Shown in pieces: positions 26,895-35,622 of a DNA stretch of 64,000 nt. Position 1 is the stretch's first letter. Each line of letters begins with the position of its first letter. Source of the stretch: a virus (taxonomy: Duplodnaviria; Heunggongvirae; Uroviricota; Caudoviricetes); the IMG/VR virus record IMGVR_UViG_3300037852_000238; one strand, given 5' to 3'. The notes below the pieces were generated by a model that worked only from the letters and a program-made list of their open reading frames with translations, was not told the DNA's origin and made no database searches. A program made the position numbers and the translations under genes.

Positions 26895-27399
26895 GTTCGA
26901 TCAGCATCGACGACCCCCCGTGCGCCAGCGCCGCGCGGTAAGCCGGCACTACGGCCGCGGCGTCCGTTAGGTCAAACACCAGCACAGTGCGCAGCATCTG
27001 CTGCAGGTGCCACACGAAATTCGGCCCGGTCAGGTGCTGCGGGCCGGGGTCAAGCGGCCGGTCGTGAGCGACCGCGACCCGGATCAGGACGCGCGGCCGG
27101 TAGCCCATCAGCGGCAGCGCGTCGAGGTGGTTCACGAGCTGGTCCATGCAGCGCATCAGGAAGGACGCGCGTGGGTAGCACGACACCACTGGCCGCCCCG
27201 AGGCCAACGAAAGGCCGATGGCCATTCCGAGTTGAAGCTCCTCGCATACAGGCATCTCAACAAGCGCGGCGTCCGGCAGATGATCCAGCGTCCCGCGCAG
27301 CGCCGTGCCGCCGGCCAGGACCGACTGCCCGATTATCGGCGCACCGGCCGCGGCGCACAGCGACATCGCCTCGCGGAGGGCGGCGGCATAGGTCATCGG
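26872..27399 (-). CDS. thiamine-diphosphate enzyme beta-like subunit (transketolase C-terminal / E1 beta-like)
   Basis: Internal ATG start MTYAAALREA; transketolase C-terminal-like blocks. Confidence 0.65.
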   Translation of the reverse strand, partial: PMTYAAALREAMSLCAAAGAPIIGQSVLAGGTALRGTLDHLPDAALVEMPVCEELQLGMAIGLSLASGRPVVSCYPRASFLMRCMDQLVNHLDALPLMGYRPRVLIRVAVAHDRPLDPGPQHLTGPNFVWHLQQMLRTVLVFDLTDAAAVVPAYRAALAHGGSSMLIEHAERYDV

Positions 27400-27590
27400 A
27401 ACGCGCCGAGAAGATTGGCTATGTGAAGTCCGGCGCCGACAGTAACTAACACGCCGAGAACAATTGCGAGTAGGAGCCACCACCCGCCGCGCTCGACCGC
27501 CATAAGTATCGGTGAAACGCAGAACACCGCGAGGATGGCGAGACGCGATACGGACCAAGCGGCGTTTCTAATCATCGAAACCATCCAACG
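27393..27590 (-). CDS. small two-TM membrane protein
   Basis: Hydrophobic segments LAILAVFCVSPILMAV and WLLLAIVLGVLVTVGAGL. Confidence 0.3.
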   Translation of the reverse strand, partial: RWMVSMIRNAAWSVSRLAILAVFCVSPILMAVERGGWWLLLAIVLGVLVTVGAGLHIANLLGAFR

Positions 27591-27708
27591 ACCATGTCGA
27601 TAAACTGGATCACGTCCATCGTTAACCAGACGATAACGACGCGGCCGGCCCAGGCAAGCTCGCGCGGCGTCAGCGACTGACCGGAGAGGATGCGGTGGAG
27701 GGTGTCCA

Positions 27709-28344
27709 TCAGAAATCGATCCAGGTTCCTGCACCGCTATGAGGCCATTCGAGCTTGTAGGTATAAGCTACCGTACGTGCTTCGTCGCTTTCGAACCACA
27801 TGCCATTTGACGTCATTTGCCACCAGTTATTACGATCTGGATCTGATGCCCATTGCCGACCCCAGACGTGTTCTGTGTCTGTCTTCACTGACAGCCCATT
27901 GTCCTCGACCACGAACGTGATTGGCAGATTATGCCCGCAGGCGTACTCCCGACACTCGTAGAATAAGCCTGACCTTGCTGCACTATCTCCGACGAAGCAG
28001 TGCACATGCCGCACCAGCCCGCTGGCCGCCAGCCCCACCGCAATCGGGCACGCCCCGGCGACGATCGCCGACGCCAGGAAGCGATGTTCCGGGAAGCACA
28101 GCGCGATCGAGCGCCCGGCGCGGATCGCGGCCATGACCTCGGCGGGGGGACAACCGGCGAGCAAACAATGATAATGACTCCGCCAGGTTGAGACCACCCA
28201 ATCCCCCGGCTGGAAGCGCTCGGCGAAGTAGCGCAGCAGCGGCGCCTCGTTCCCCCCGCTGAGGTGCACCGGTGCACGGATCTCCCCGCGGTTGTACATC
28301 GCCGCAACCTCGGCCTCGAACTCGATTAGCTCCTCGGCGGTCAC
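27709..28344 (-). CDS. thiamine-diphosphate enzyme alpha-like subunit (dehydrogenase E1 alpha / transketolase N-terminal-like)
   Basis: E1-alpha-like blocks (GGNEAP, HCFVGDSAARSG…NNG-like segment). Confidence 0.65.
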   Translation of the reverse strand: MTAEELIEFEAEVAAMYNRGEIRAPVHLSGGNEAPLLRYFAERFQPGDWVVSTWRSHYHCLLAGCPPAEVMAAIRAGRSIALCFPEHRFLASAIVAGACPIAVGLAASGLVRHVHCFVGDSAARSGLFYECREYACGHNLPITFVVEDNGLSVKTDTEHVWGRQWASDPDRNNWWQMTSNGMWFESDEARTVAYTYKLEWPHSGAGTWIDF

Positions 28345-28550
28345 CGCGGCCCCTCGATCGGCGTCGCCAGCGCCTTACACCTATCCCGCCAAGCGTAAAG
28401 CTGCTCCAGCCGAGCCTCCGGCGCGGCCCGGTCGCGCGGCTCGCCGCGCCGCATGACCTCGCCGATCATGCGCTCGGCGATGGCCCGGAAGTGCGCCGCG
28501 TGGCGGCGGAGATCGGCGGGGGTCACGGTACCGTTCTCACGTTCCGACAC
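28341..28550 (-). CDS. hypothetical protein (69 aa)
   Basis: ATGA-coupled to E1-alpha-like gene. Confidence 0.35.
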   Translation of the reverse strand: MSERENGTVTPADLRRHAAHFRAIAERMIGEVMRRGEPRDRAAPEARLEQLYAWRDRCKALATPIEGPR

Positions 28551-28996
28551 GGGTACAGCTCGTGCTGCACCACGGCCTCGCGCAGCGTCTCGAAGTCGGC
28601 GCGGGTTAATTGAATGCTGTAATCTTTGATCTTAACGAAAACCAACCATTCGGTGTGATCGACGTTAGGCGGTAGGTCGCGCACGGCGAAGTCCTCAGTC
28701 ATCCTTTTAACTCCTCCATTATCGCCCGCGCCGCCGCGTCCGGGTCCGGCGCGCGCCAGATCGGCCGGCCGACGACGACGTAGTCGGCGCCCGCGGCGCG
28801 GGCCCTCCTCCGCGGCGAGCTTGAAGATCGACCCGCCGTCCTTGAAGGTCAGCTTGAGGTAGTCGAGCAGTCCCTCCCTCCGCCTGATCCGGGTCACGTG
28901 CCTCACTATACCCGTCGTCGGCGTCCCGTCGTACCTGAACGCCCGGACCACGTCGCCGGGTTTGTACGGGCATCCGACCGGAACCTCGTCTGTCAT
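28523..28996 (-). CDS. hypothetical protein (possibly two genes or N-terminal over-extension)
   Basis: Protein-like ends flank a low-complexity GC-driven middle. Confidence 0.3.
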   Translation of the reverse strand: MTDEVPVGCPYKPGDVVRAFRYDGTPTTGIVRHVTRIRRREGLLDYLKLTFKDGGSIFKLAAEEGPRRGRRLRRRRPADLARAGPGRGGAGDNGGVKRMTEDFAVRDLPPNVDHTEWLVFVKIKDYSIQLTRADFETLREAVVQHELYPCRNVRTVP

Positions 28997-29221
28997 CGCC
29001 CACACCTGTCGCAGCGCCCGCGGAAGACCGGCCGGCCGTCGGCGCGGACGACGAGGACGTCGGTCCCGTCCGGTCCGGGGAAGCGGTCGATCGATCTGGA
29101 GGAGCGCCAATCGACGGCCGCCTCGTAGGCGGCCGTCGCCTGGACGTACAAAGCGTCCTCGCAGGGTTGGGAGGACGGGAAGGTTGCGGCGACGACGCCG
29201 GCGACGACTAGGTTCCACATA
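28993..29221 (-). CDS. hypothetical protein (about 75 aa)
   Basis: Internal ATG MWNLVVAGVV. Confidence 0.3.
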
Positions 29222-29621
29222 ATGTCACCCCTCCGTGCGCTGCTAAGGCTATGATGCACATCGCGAGCGCCGGGTTTCTCCCTGTCACGCTGTGCTCCCT
29301 AAGTCCCTGCTCGTAAGACTGTCGCAACGAGACACGGAAGGAGTCGTCTCCGAGATCCTCGATTATCCACCTCCAACCCTTCGGAACGATCGTTCGGGCG
29401 GCGTCAAGCGAGGTCGTATAGCGCGGACAACTTTGATAAGCCGTGGAGCCGCAGGCATCGCAGGGATAGTCCCTGCTATATCGCTCGATTACAGCCTTCC
29501 ACTCTTCCGTAGTCAACACCCCCGCATCCCAGCTAGTCGCGGCGTAGATCTCAGCGTCAAGCTCCCGAGAGCCTTTCGTAGCCGCGCTGAGCCGCGCGAG
29601 TAGATCTCCTATAGATTTCAT
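29208..29621 (-). CDS. hypothetical protein (137 aa)
   Basis: ATG MKSIGDLL; ATGA coupling to upstream gene. Confidence 0.4.
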   Translation of the reverse strand: MKSIGDLLARLSAATKGSRELDAEIYAATSWDAGVLTTEEWKAVIERYSRDYPCDACGSTAYQSCPRYTTSLDAARTIVPKGWRWIIEDLGDDSFRVSLRQSYEQGLREHSVTGRNPALAMCIIALAAHGGVTLCGT

Positions 29622-29857
29622 TGTCTCAAATCCTTCGGGTTCTCGCCGTCGAACCCCGGCCCGACGTAGGCGCACTCGGTAGAGCCGCCGTCGCCGTGGG
29701 CGAGCCAGGTCCAGCCGCGCGCGGCGCACTCGTAGCGGCCGAGGTCGGGCTCGACGCCGTCTGCGAGGCGACTGACGTAGCAGCGCCGCCCGCCGAGGAC
29801 GACGAACCGGCGCTCCCGCCCGGCGCGCTGGAAGTCCTCGTAGGTCACCTGAGCCAC
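29618..29857 (-). CDS. hypothetical protein (79 aa)
   Basis: GTG start VAQVTYEDF; rest of listed ORF is GC-shadow. Confidence 0.35.
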   Translation of the reverse strand: MAQVTYEDFQRAGRERRFVVLGGRRCYVSRLADGVEPDLGRYECAARGWTWLAHGDGGSTECAYVGPGFDGENPKDLRQ

Positions 29858-30246
29858 TCCCCGAGGACGAAGAACGCCGAGACCCAGTCGGGGCGTTGGC
29901 CCTCTCGGCTCCGGTCGTAGAGGACCAGGCCGCGAATGTCCCAATGATCGGTGCCGCAGTCCTGTTCCATCGACGCCGCTTTCTCTAGAGAGTTGCCGGT
30001 CGTTAGCACGTCGTCGGCGATTAGGACGATCGTCGCGTCGGTCCGCTCGTACCTCCGCAGAGCCTCCGCGAACCGAGCCCCGGCGCCCGATCCGGCGGCG
30101 ATAACGTGCCTGAACTTGATGCGCGCAGCGGCGACCGCGGCGAACGCCGCCAGGTCCGCGTCGGTGTACGCGTCGCACTCGATCTTGAACGGCAGCCGAA
30201 CGCCCGAGTGCGAGGTGAATGGACGCGGGTCGATGAGGCCGGTCAC
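29845..30246 (-). CDS. phosphoribosyltransferase (type I PRTase) domain protein (133 aa)
   Basis: TIVLIADDVLTTGNSL PRPP-binding motif; GTG start. Confidence 0.6.
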   Translation of the reverse strand: MTGLIDPRPFTSHSGVRLPFKIECDAYTDADLAAFAAVAAARIKFRHVIAAGSGAGARFAEALRRYERTDATIVLIADDVLTTGNSLEKAASMEQDCGTDHWDIRGLVLYDRSREGQRPDWVSAFFVLGEWLR

Positions 30247-30710
30247 TCCGGCACCTCCATCCACTCGGTCGGCGCGAGGCCGCGGTCGGCGAGCGCGTCG
30301 CCGTGGACGTCGCGCCACGGGTCGAGCGGCCGGTACTCCGCATTGTGATAGGCGAGGATCACGTCGTGCTCGACGCCCACCATCCCGGAGGGACCGCGGA
30401 CGAGGACATAGCGGTTCGGCTCGCCGAAGCCGGACCTTGGCGCCGTCTCGATTGGGCGCCAACTGGTCGGCGCGAGCTCGTACGCTATCCGCTTCTCTGG
30501 CCCGCACTTCCAGGTCCGGTCATAGGCGTCGTCGAAGGAGTGGCGGCCAGCCGCCGCCTCCTCCGTTGCGTAACCCGAGCCGCCGGCGCGCCAGTACGCG
30601 CCGTGCTCGAACGAGCGGATCAGGACCAGCCGGTCGCGGAGGGCGTCGAACGCGGCGTGGCCGCGCTCTCGCCTCTCGCCCGTCTCTGGGTCGTAGAGCT
30701 TCAGGAACAT
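30243..30710 (-). CDS. DUF551-like phage protein
   Basis: WRPIETAPRSGFGEPNRYVLV block typical of DUF551. Confidence 0.45.
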   Translation of the reverse strand: MFLKLYDPETGERRERGHAAFDALRDRLVLIRSFEHGAYWRAGGSGYATEEAAAGRHSFDDAYDRTWKCGPEKRIAYELAPTSWRPIETAPRSGFGEPNRYVLVRGPSGMVGVEHDVILAYHNAEYRPLDPWRDVHGDALADRGLAPTEWMEVPE

Positions 30711-30889
30711 TGTGTTGGCCTCGCGTCATAACCCAGCGGATGGCACTCCGCGGGCGGACAATTGCACACCGGGTAGCCCATGATCCTGCCCCAAAAGTGA
30801 AGGCGGTTTCGGCAGTAAACCTGCCACGCGTATATCGGCCGGTTGGGACGGGACCGGCTTCGTAATAGGTTATCTAACCAGCGAGTCAC
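30701..30889 (-). CDS. small Cys-rich hypothetical protein
   Basis: 62-aa ORF, CNCPPAEC. Confidence 0.3.
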   Translation of the reverse strand: MTRWLDNLLRSRSRPNRPIYAWQVYCRNRLHFWGRIMGYPVCNCPPAECHPLGYDARPTQCS

Positions 30890-31107
30890 GATCGCCGCTC
30901 CGGGTTAATGTCCGCCGGCTCTTCCTCCGGCACCGGCACGCCGCCGACCAGCCCGCCGCCTGCGTCGTCGATCGCCGCGCCAAGCTCGGCCGGCCACAGC
31001 GCCACCAGATAGGCGTAGCGCCAGGCCGGCGCCGCGGCGCGCTCGGCGTGGTTGACCGCCGCGCCGAAGCCGACGAGCAGGTAGAGGGCGAGGAGGAGGC
31101 GGATCAC
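30886..31107 (-). CDS. small membrane protein
   Basis: N-terminal TM MIRLLLALYLLVGFGAAV. Confidence 0.35.
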   Translation of the reverse strand: MIRLLLALYLLVGFGAAVNHAERAAAPAWRYAYLVALWPAELGAAIDDAGGGLVGGVPVPEEEPADINPERRS

Positions 31108-31391
31108 TCAACAGCCTCCAGTGCCGCAGCCACCATATCCGGTGTGATGTCCTCCGCGCGCGTGACGTTGTAAAACGTCACGCTATCGCCGATGCCGAAG
31201 ATCTTGTCAAAGAGTGGCTCTTCGAGCCCGAGCCAGTCCGGCCATCTTCCGTCGTCGTCTTCCGGCCCGATGGCAGCTAGCTCGCAGAAGGCGCATCTAC
31301 TCACCAGTCTAAAGTTCCAGGGCAGTCGCCCCGGCGCTGGGTTGCGTAGCGCCGCGGCCAGCCGCGCGCGGTTTTCGGCGGGGGTTGTCAT
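31104..31391 (-). CDS. paralog 1 of small TPxMVAxAL-family protein
   Basis: Shares ALRNP…W.F…C…IFGI…FYNV…TPDMVAAAL blocks with genes at 34213 and 60371. Confidence 0.5.
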   Translation of the reverse strand: MTTPAENRARLAAALRNPAPGRLPWNFRLVSRCAFCELAAIGPEDDDGRWPDWLGLEEPLFDKIFGIGDSVTFYNVTRAEDITPDMVAAALEAVE

Positions 31392-32602
31392 GGTTTCGCC
31401 CCTGGCACCTTTGCGCCCGGTTGCAGACTGCCGATGAAATCGGTGATGAGGCTGCTTACACCGCCTAGCAAGGTCACGCTGGTGGGCAGGTGACGATCCC
31501 AGCCCGAGATCGCGTCGATGCGCGCCTTCTCCTGGAGGGTCGAGATAACCGGTGCTATGTGCTCGGCGGCGAAGCGCGTATTGATCGCGTCGCTGACCTC
31601 CTTCGGATAGGTGAAGCCGCCGGCCCAGCCGACGTACTCGATCGTGATGCCGAAAGTCAGGAAGAATTTGACCGCCTCCCCCTGAATGGCGTCCAGGACG
31701 GCGTTGCCGCTCGCCGCTAAATCCTCGATCGTGTGCTCGTTGATGTGCCGGCAGACGCGGCTCTGGATCTCCCCGCGGCCCCACCCACCCATGACCTGCG
31801 CCAAGGACTTACCCTGGAAGACCGAGGTAAAGATCACCTGCGGGTCGGAGGCGTCGCCTGCCGGCTGGTTGACGCCAAAGTAGAAGAGGAAACGCGCGGC
31901 GTCCTCCTCGGTCACGCTGGCGGCCAGGGACATTTCGGCCGAAACCTCGATGTTATCCTTGGAATGGCAGGGGAAGGATTGGTCGATCGCGGCATCGGTG
32001 CCGCGACCCTTCTTCGTCCACTCGTGGAAGAACGGCGCCCGGTCGACGACGATCAGCCGCCCCGTCGGAATGTACTTGTCCCATCCCATGTAGGTCGAGC
32101 CGGATAGCTTGACGTGCGGGATGATGAAGAACTTACCCGGCACCTTGTTCGCCTTCAGGAAATCCTCGGACTCCATCTGCGCCTGGTTGGCCTTCGTGTC
32201 GCCCATGCCGGGCACCCAGAACGCCGTGTGGTTGGGCAGGATGCCGTAGGCCTCGGTCGTGTCAGTCGAATTGTAGAAGGCATAAGCCGGCGCGGTGCAG
32301 ACACATATGCCCAGCGCGGCCAGGAGACCGGCCGTAATCTCCCGCTTGAGGGCGAGTACGCCGCGGCGTAGGTATTTCCACCAGATCGCCAGGATGAGCA
32401 GGAAGGTCACTGCCGTCACGACGGCGCCGATGCCGCTGAACGCCCTCATCCCCAGGACCGCGAGCACGGCGTTGGCGTCGCTGTTGGTCAGCTGGAGCGC
32501 CGCGGCGTTGCTTGCCCCGATCACAGCCACGGGCATGAGGAACGCTTGTAGCCAGCCGGCAAGCCCCAGGACCAGCACTGTGATAATCAACCGACCTATC
32601 AT
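31388..32602 (-). CDS. membrane protein with SPFH/band-7-like domain candidate
   Basis: Three N-terminal TM helices; KDNIEVSAEMSLAASVTEEDA resembles SPFH core. Confidence 0.45.
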   Translation of the reverse strand: MIGRLIITVLVLGLAGWLQAFLMPVAVIGASNAAALQLTNSDANAVLAVLGMRAFSGIGAVVTAVTFLLILAIWWKYLRRGVLALKREITAGLLAALGICVCTAPAYAFYNSTDTTEAYGILPNHTAFWVPGMGDTKANQAQMESEDFLKANKVPGKFFIIPHVKLSGSTYMGWDKYIPTGRLIVVDRAPFFHEWTKKGRGTDAAIDQSFPCHSKDNIEVSAEMSLAASVTEEDAARFLFYFGVNQPAGDASDPQVIFTSVFQGKSLAQVMGGWGRGEIQSRVCRHINEHTIEDLAASGNAVLDAIQGEAVKFFLTFGITIEYVGWAGGFTYPKEVSDAINTRFAAEHIAPVISTLQEKARIDAISGWDRHLPTSVTLLGGVSSLITDFIGSLQPGAKVPGAKP

Positions 32603-32611
32603 CTCACCCTC

Positions 32612-33691
32612 CTAGAACTGTGTTTCTTCGTCCTTCAGCTTGAAGCCGTTGACCGCGTCGAGCAGCGCTTTCGCCAGGTCGTCGATCTCATCGTCGTCCA
32701 CGGAGTCGGCGATCGAGGCGATGCGATTATCGTTATTGTCCCGAAGGTCGATGCCGTCCTTGTACCACGGCCGCGGCCACCGCGCGAAGGGGTCCGCGCG
32801 CGCCGGCGCCGGCTCGGGGACGTGGGTCACGTAGTAGCGCAGCGCGCTCGGGCTGGCCGCGCCCTTACGGCGTGCCATCACTGCCTTGAACGCCTCGGAG
32901 GGCGCGGTCCACGCGTAATCCCAGTCCAGGTGCTCCTGCTCCCAGGAGCCCTTCGGCGCCGCGACGACACGCTCGATCAGCGCCTCGTCGTCCGAGACAG
33001 CCACGGCCGCGGCGACCAGGTGGTGCACGCGGTAGGTCAGCGACAGCGTGCGGTCCTCGGTGAGCGCCTGCTCCTCCAGTAGGTCGTAGGTCAGCAGCGC
33101 GGGCTTGTCGCCGAGGTCGCGCACCCGCACGCCGCGGTAGTAGAGGTGCGCCGCGGGGTGGTCGAGCACGCGTAGGCTCTCGGTTTCTAGTGCCGCTGGG
33201 CCGGCTTCCGGCGGCAGGAAGATCTCCTCGCGCGCCGCGTGCGCCGCCAGCAGGTCGGGGTGGGAGACGACGATGCGGGTGAAGTTCTCCTCGCCGCAGA
33301 CGGCTCCAAAGGCGCCAGTCGAGATATACGTCTGTCCGCCCTCGTCCTTCGTGTTCGCCTCCAGCTCGCGGTAGAGCATCCACGGTTCCCAGTGCCGGCC
33401 GAGCGCCGTGGTGAACGGCAGCTCCAAAGAGGAGAAGCGGCCGTCGTCCATGACAATGGTCTCGACCTCACGATCGCGGAACTCGACCGGCACCGCGCGG
33501 AAGCGGTAAGTTGTCGCCCCGACATGCATCACCGGCGGCGCATCGAGGCGCACTAAGCCGGCGATTGCGTATTTGAGGCCGGTGCCAAAGCGCCCGAGCG
33601 GCGAGACCGCGTTGGGCTTCGCCGACGCCCCGAACAGCGTCAGTGCCCGCAGGTCCAGCGCGCCTGGCGTTTCGAAGACGAGGGAGGTCAT
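32612..33691 (-). CDS. hypothetical protein (359 aa)
   Basis: Long ORF; LGRFGTGLKYAIAGL resembles a GHKL G-box but no full ATPase signature seen. Confidence 0.5.
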   Translation of the reverse strand: MTSLVFETPGALDLRALTLFGASAKPNAVSPLGRFGTGLKYAIAGLVRLDAPPVMHVGATTYRFRAVPVEFRDREVETIVMDDGRFSSLELPFTTALGRHWEPWMLYRELEANTKDEGGQTYISTGAFGAVCGEENFTRIVVSHPDLLAAHAAREEIFLPPEAGPAALETESLRVLDHPAAHLYYRGVRVRDLGDKPALLTYDLLEEQALTEDRTLSLTYRVHHLVAAAVAVSDDEALIERVVAAPKGSWEQEHLDWDYAWTAPSEAFKAVMARRKGAASPSALRYYVTHVPEPAPARADPFARWPRPWYKDGIDLRDNNDNRIASIADSVDDDEIDDLAKALLDAVNGFKLKDEETQF

Positions 33692-33978
33692 GGGAACGCG
33701 CTCCGCGGTGGCTTACCCTTCGGCGCTTCTTGCTGACCGGTCATTAATCTTTGGACGCAATGCTCGGCTTTGCCGCGGCTGCCATAGGTCGCCAGCAGGC
33801 GCCACCAACCCGCCCCGGCGTTCTCGAAGACTCGGAATAGTGGTCGTGGTCCCGTGCCGGCGATGAAGATGGGTACGGCGGAGAACCGACCCGCCGGCTG
33901 GCGCTTTAATGCCGCAGCGGCGTTCGCCTTCGCGGCCACGTCCTCGGCGTGCTTTCGGGCCTCGGTTATGTGTTTCAC
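33688..33978 (-). CDS. hypothetical protein (96 aa)
   Basis: ATGA-coupled. Confidence 0.35.
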   Translation of the reverse strand: MKHITEARKHAEDVAAKANAAAALKRQPAGRFSAVPIFIAGTGPRPLFRVFENAGAGWWRLLATYGSRGKAEHCVQRLMTGQQEAPKGKPPRSAFP

Positions 33979-34202
33979 CTCAGCCTCCTCACCGCCGCCA
34001 CGAGCGGCACCGGCGCCGCGCCGTCGAGCACCCAGCGCAGCCGGCCGAGCGCGCGGGCGACGACCTCTGGAGCAGTGGTGCTCAGGTGAAGATCGCCGTA
34101 GTGGAGTTCAATCACAGCCACAAGCTCCAGCACCCGACTCGCGCGAGGTCGCGCCGGTAGTAACGCCACGCGGCCTCCCACCAGGAGGCGCGGCACTGCC
34201 AT
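33975..34202 (-). CDS. hypothetical protein (75 aa)
   Basis: Coupled ORF; weak. Confidence 0.2.
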   Translation of the reverse strand: MAVPRLLVGGRVALLPARPRASRVLELVAVIELHYGDLHLSTTAPEVVARALGRLRWVLDGAAPVPLVAAVRRLR

Positions 34203-34212
34203 TCGACGAAGG

Positions 34213-34527
34213 TCATCGCCCGATCGCCCCCAATGCGTCGGCGACCATAGCCGGAGTTACCTCGCGGCGATGTCCCACGTTGTATAGCTGCCTGTAGGGA
34301 GCTTCGATGTCGTCCAAGAAGTATATTCCAAAGATTCCACTGAATTGCCAGCGGGTTAACCCGAGATCTTCACGAGCATCGAATCCTAAACCCCTAGCGT
34401 CGTTAAGAGCGCAGCGGCGGCCGCTGGCGAAGTCCCATGCCACGCGATCGGTCGCCGGGTTGCGCAGCGCCTGGGCGAGCAAGGAGCGATTGAGCGCGGC
34501 GTCGTTGTGCTTGGGGTCGAAGGGCAT
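34213..34527 (-). CDS. paralog 2 of small TPxMVAxAL-family protein
   Basis: ALRNPATDRVAWDF…IFGIYF…LYNV…VTPAMVADAL. Confidence 0.5.
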   Translation of the reverse strand: MPFDPKHNDAALNRSLLAQALRNPATDRVAWDFASGRRCALNDARGLGFDAREDLGLTRWQFSGIFGIYFLDDIEAPYRQLYNVGHRREVTPAMVADALGAIGR

Positions 34528-34539
34528 CTGTTGTTCCTC

Positions 34540-34920
34540 CTAGAAGCAAGTATCACAGCTACAGTGGCTCCGCCGCCCGCTGGCGCACCGCGGGCTCGCG
34601 TCGTGCGGCGGGTGGTGCCGGTTGCCGGCCGCGCGCTCGGCGTCGCAGTAGGCGCACGTCCCCGGCGCGACCTTATGGCGATGGCCGACGGCGCCGACGC
34701 ACGATTCGTCGCAGCGGTCTAGCTTGCGGAAACAGTCGCAAGGAAAGGAGCGGGCCGGGTCGTTGCCGGAGCCGGGCGCCACGACGGACGTTCGATCCCT
34801 ATGCTTTCCCGGAGTCGCGGACCCGGCCCTAGCCGCAGCGCGCCTCTTCCATCGATCGGCACCGGGAGCCGTTTGGTCGGCTGACCGATCGGCCGTCGCG
34901 CGCTGTGGGGTCTCAGCCAC
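34540..34920 (-). CDS. Cys/His-rich hypothetical protein
   Basis: Multiple CxxC/CxC; composition otherwise Arg/Ala-rich (could be GC shadow). Confidence 0.3.
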   Translation of the reverse strand: MAETPQRATADRSADQTAPGADRWKRRAAARAGSATPGKHRDRTSVVAPGSGNDPARSFPCDCFRKLDRCDESCVGAVGHRHKVAPGTCAYCDAERAAGNRHHPPHDASPRCASGRRSHCSCDTCF

Positions 34921-35323
34921 TGCTGTCTACCTCGTAAGTCCAGCCGCACTTCGAGCAGCGATAGCGGTTTAAGCAATTTCCAGTTGTCGCAACGTGCTCG
35001 ATAGCATGCTCGCAGAGGAAGAACTTGTAGAATTTCGGCTCGTACGTCCGGCCGTGGTCGCGCGACGCTGCGGTGATCGCGAAGCCGGCGTCCCCGGCAC
35101 CGAATAGCAGGTGGACCGACTGTATCCACGCCGGCTCGCCCTCCAGCGGAATGACGAATAGGCGGAACTCGCGGCGCTCGGAGAAGCCGTATCTCGCGAA
35201 CTCAGCCCAGAACTCGCTGGGCTCGATTCGCGTCAGGTTCGGCGGCGGATCGTTATAGCTGCCCCACTTGGCGCGGTGCGCCGCGCGCTCGGCGGCCGGG
35301 AGGGAGTTAGGGAGGTTTGTCAC
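34913..35323 (-). CDS. hypothetical protein with C-terminal zinc ribbon (CxxRYRCSKC)
   Basis: 136-aa protein-like ORF. Confidence 0.4.
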   Translation of the reverse strand: MTNLPNSLPAAERAAHRAKWGSYNDPPPNLTRIEPSEFWAEFARYGFSERREFRLFVIPLEGEPAWIQSVHLLFGAGDAGFAITAASRDHGRTYEPKFYKFFLCEHAIEHVATTGNCLNRYRCSKCGWTYEVDSSG

Positions 35324-35553
35324 GACCGAAGCTCCGGGTACCAGTTACGCCAATCCTCGTGGGCCATCCTGGCCGTCTCGAAAGCGGTCTCGTACCACTC
35401 GATGGTGTTAAGAGGGGCGGTGTCGCTGGCGTTCGTCTCGGCTGAGCACTCGACGTGCCACCGCAGATCGCCGTACTCGCTGCGACCGGCGACCGAAACG
35501 TCGATCGCCGCGATGTAAGCTTCGTAGCGGCTGCGGGCTTCAGTCTGCGTCAT
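35320..35553 (-). CDS. hypothetical protein (77 aa)
   Basis: ATG MTQTEAR with GAGGAG RBS; directly downstream of motif copy 2. Confidence 0.4.
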   Translation of the reverse strand: MTQTEARSRYEAYIAAIDVSVAGRSEYGDLRWHVECSAETNASDTAPLNTIEWYETAFETARMAHEDWRNWYPELRS

Positions 35554-35580
35554 CGCGAGTCTCCTCGGTTTCAACGCGCC

Positions 35581-35614
35581 TAACTTACGCGCTTCCCACG
35601 GCGGAGTAAATAGC
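35581..35614 (-). promoter_or_regulatory. copy 2 of 34-nt two-box motif
   Basis: TAACTTACGCGC-N13-GTAAATAGC. Confidence 0.55.
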
Positions 35615-35622
35615 TAATTTCG

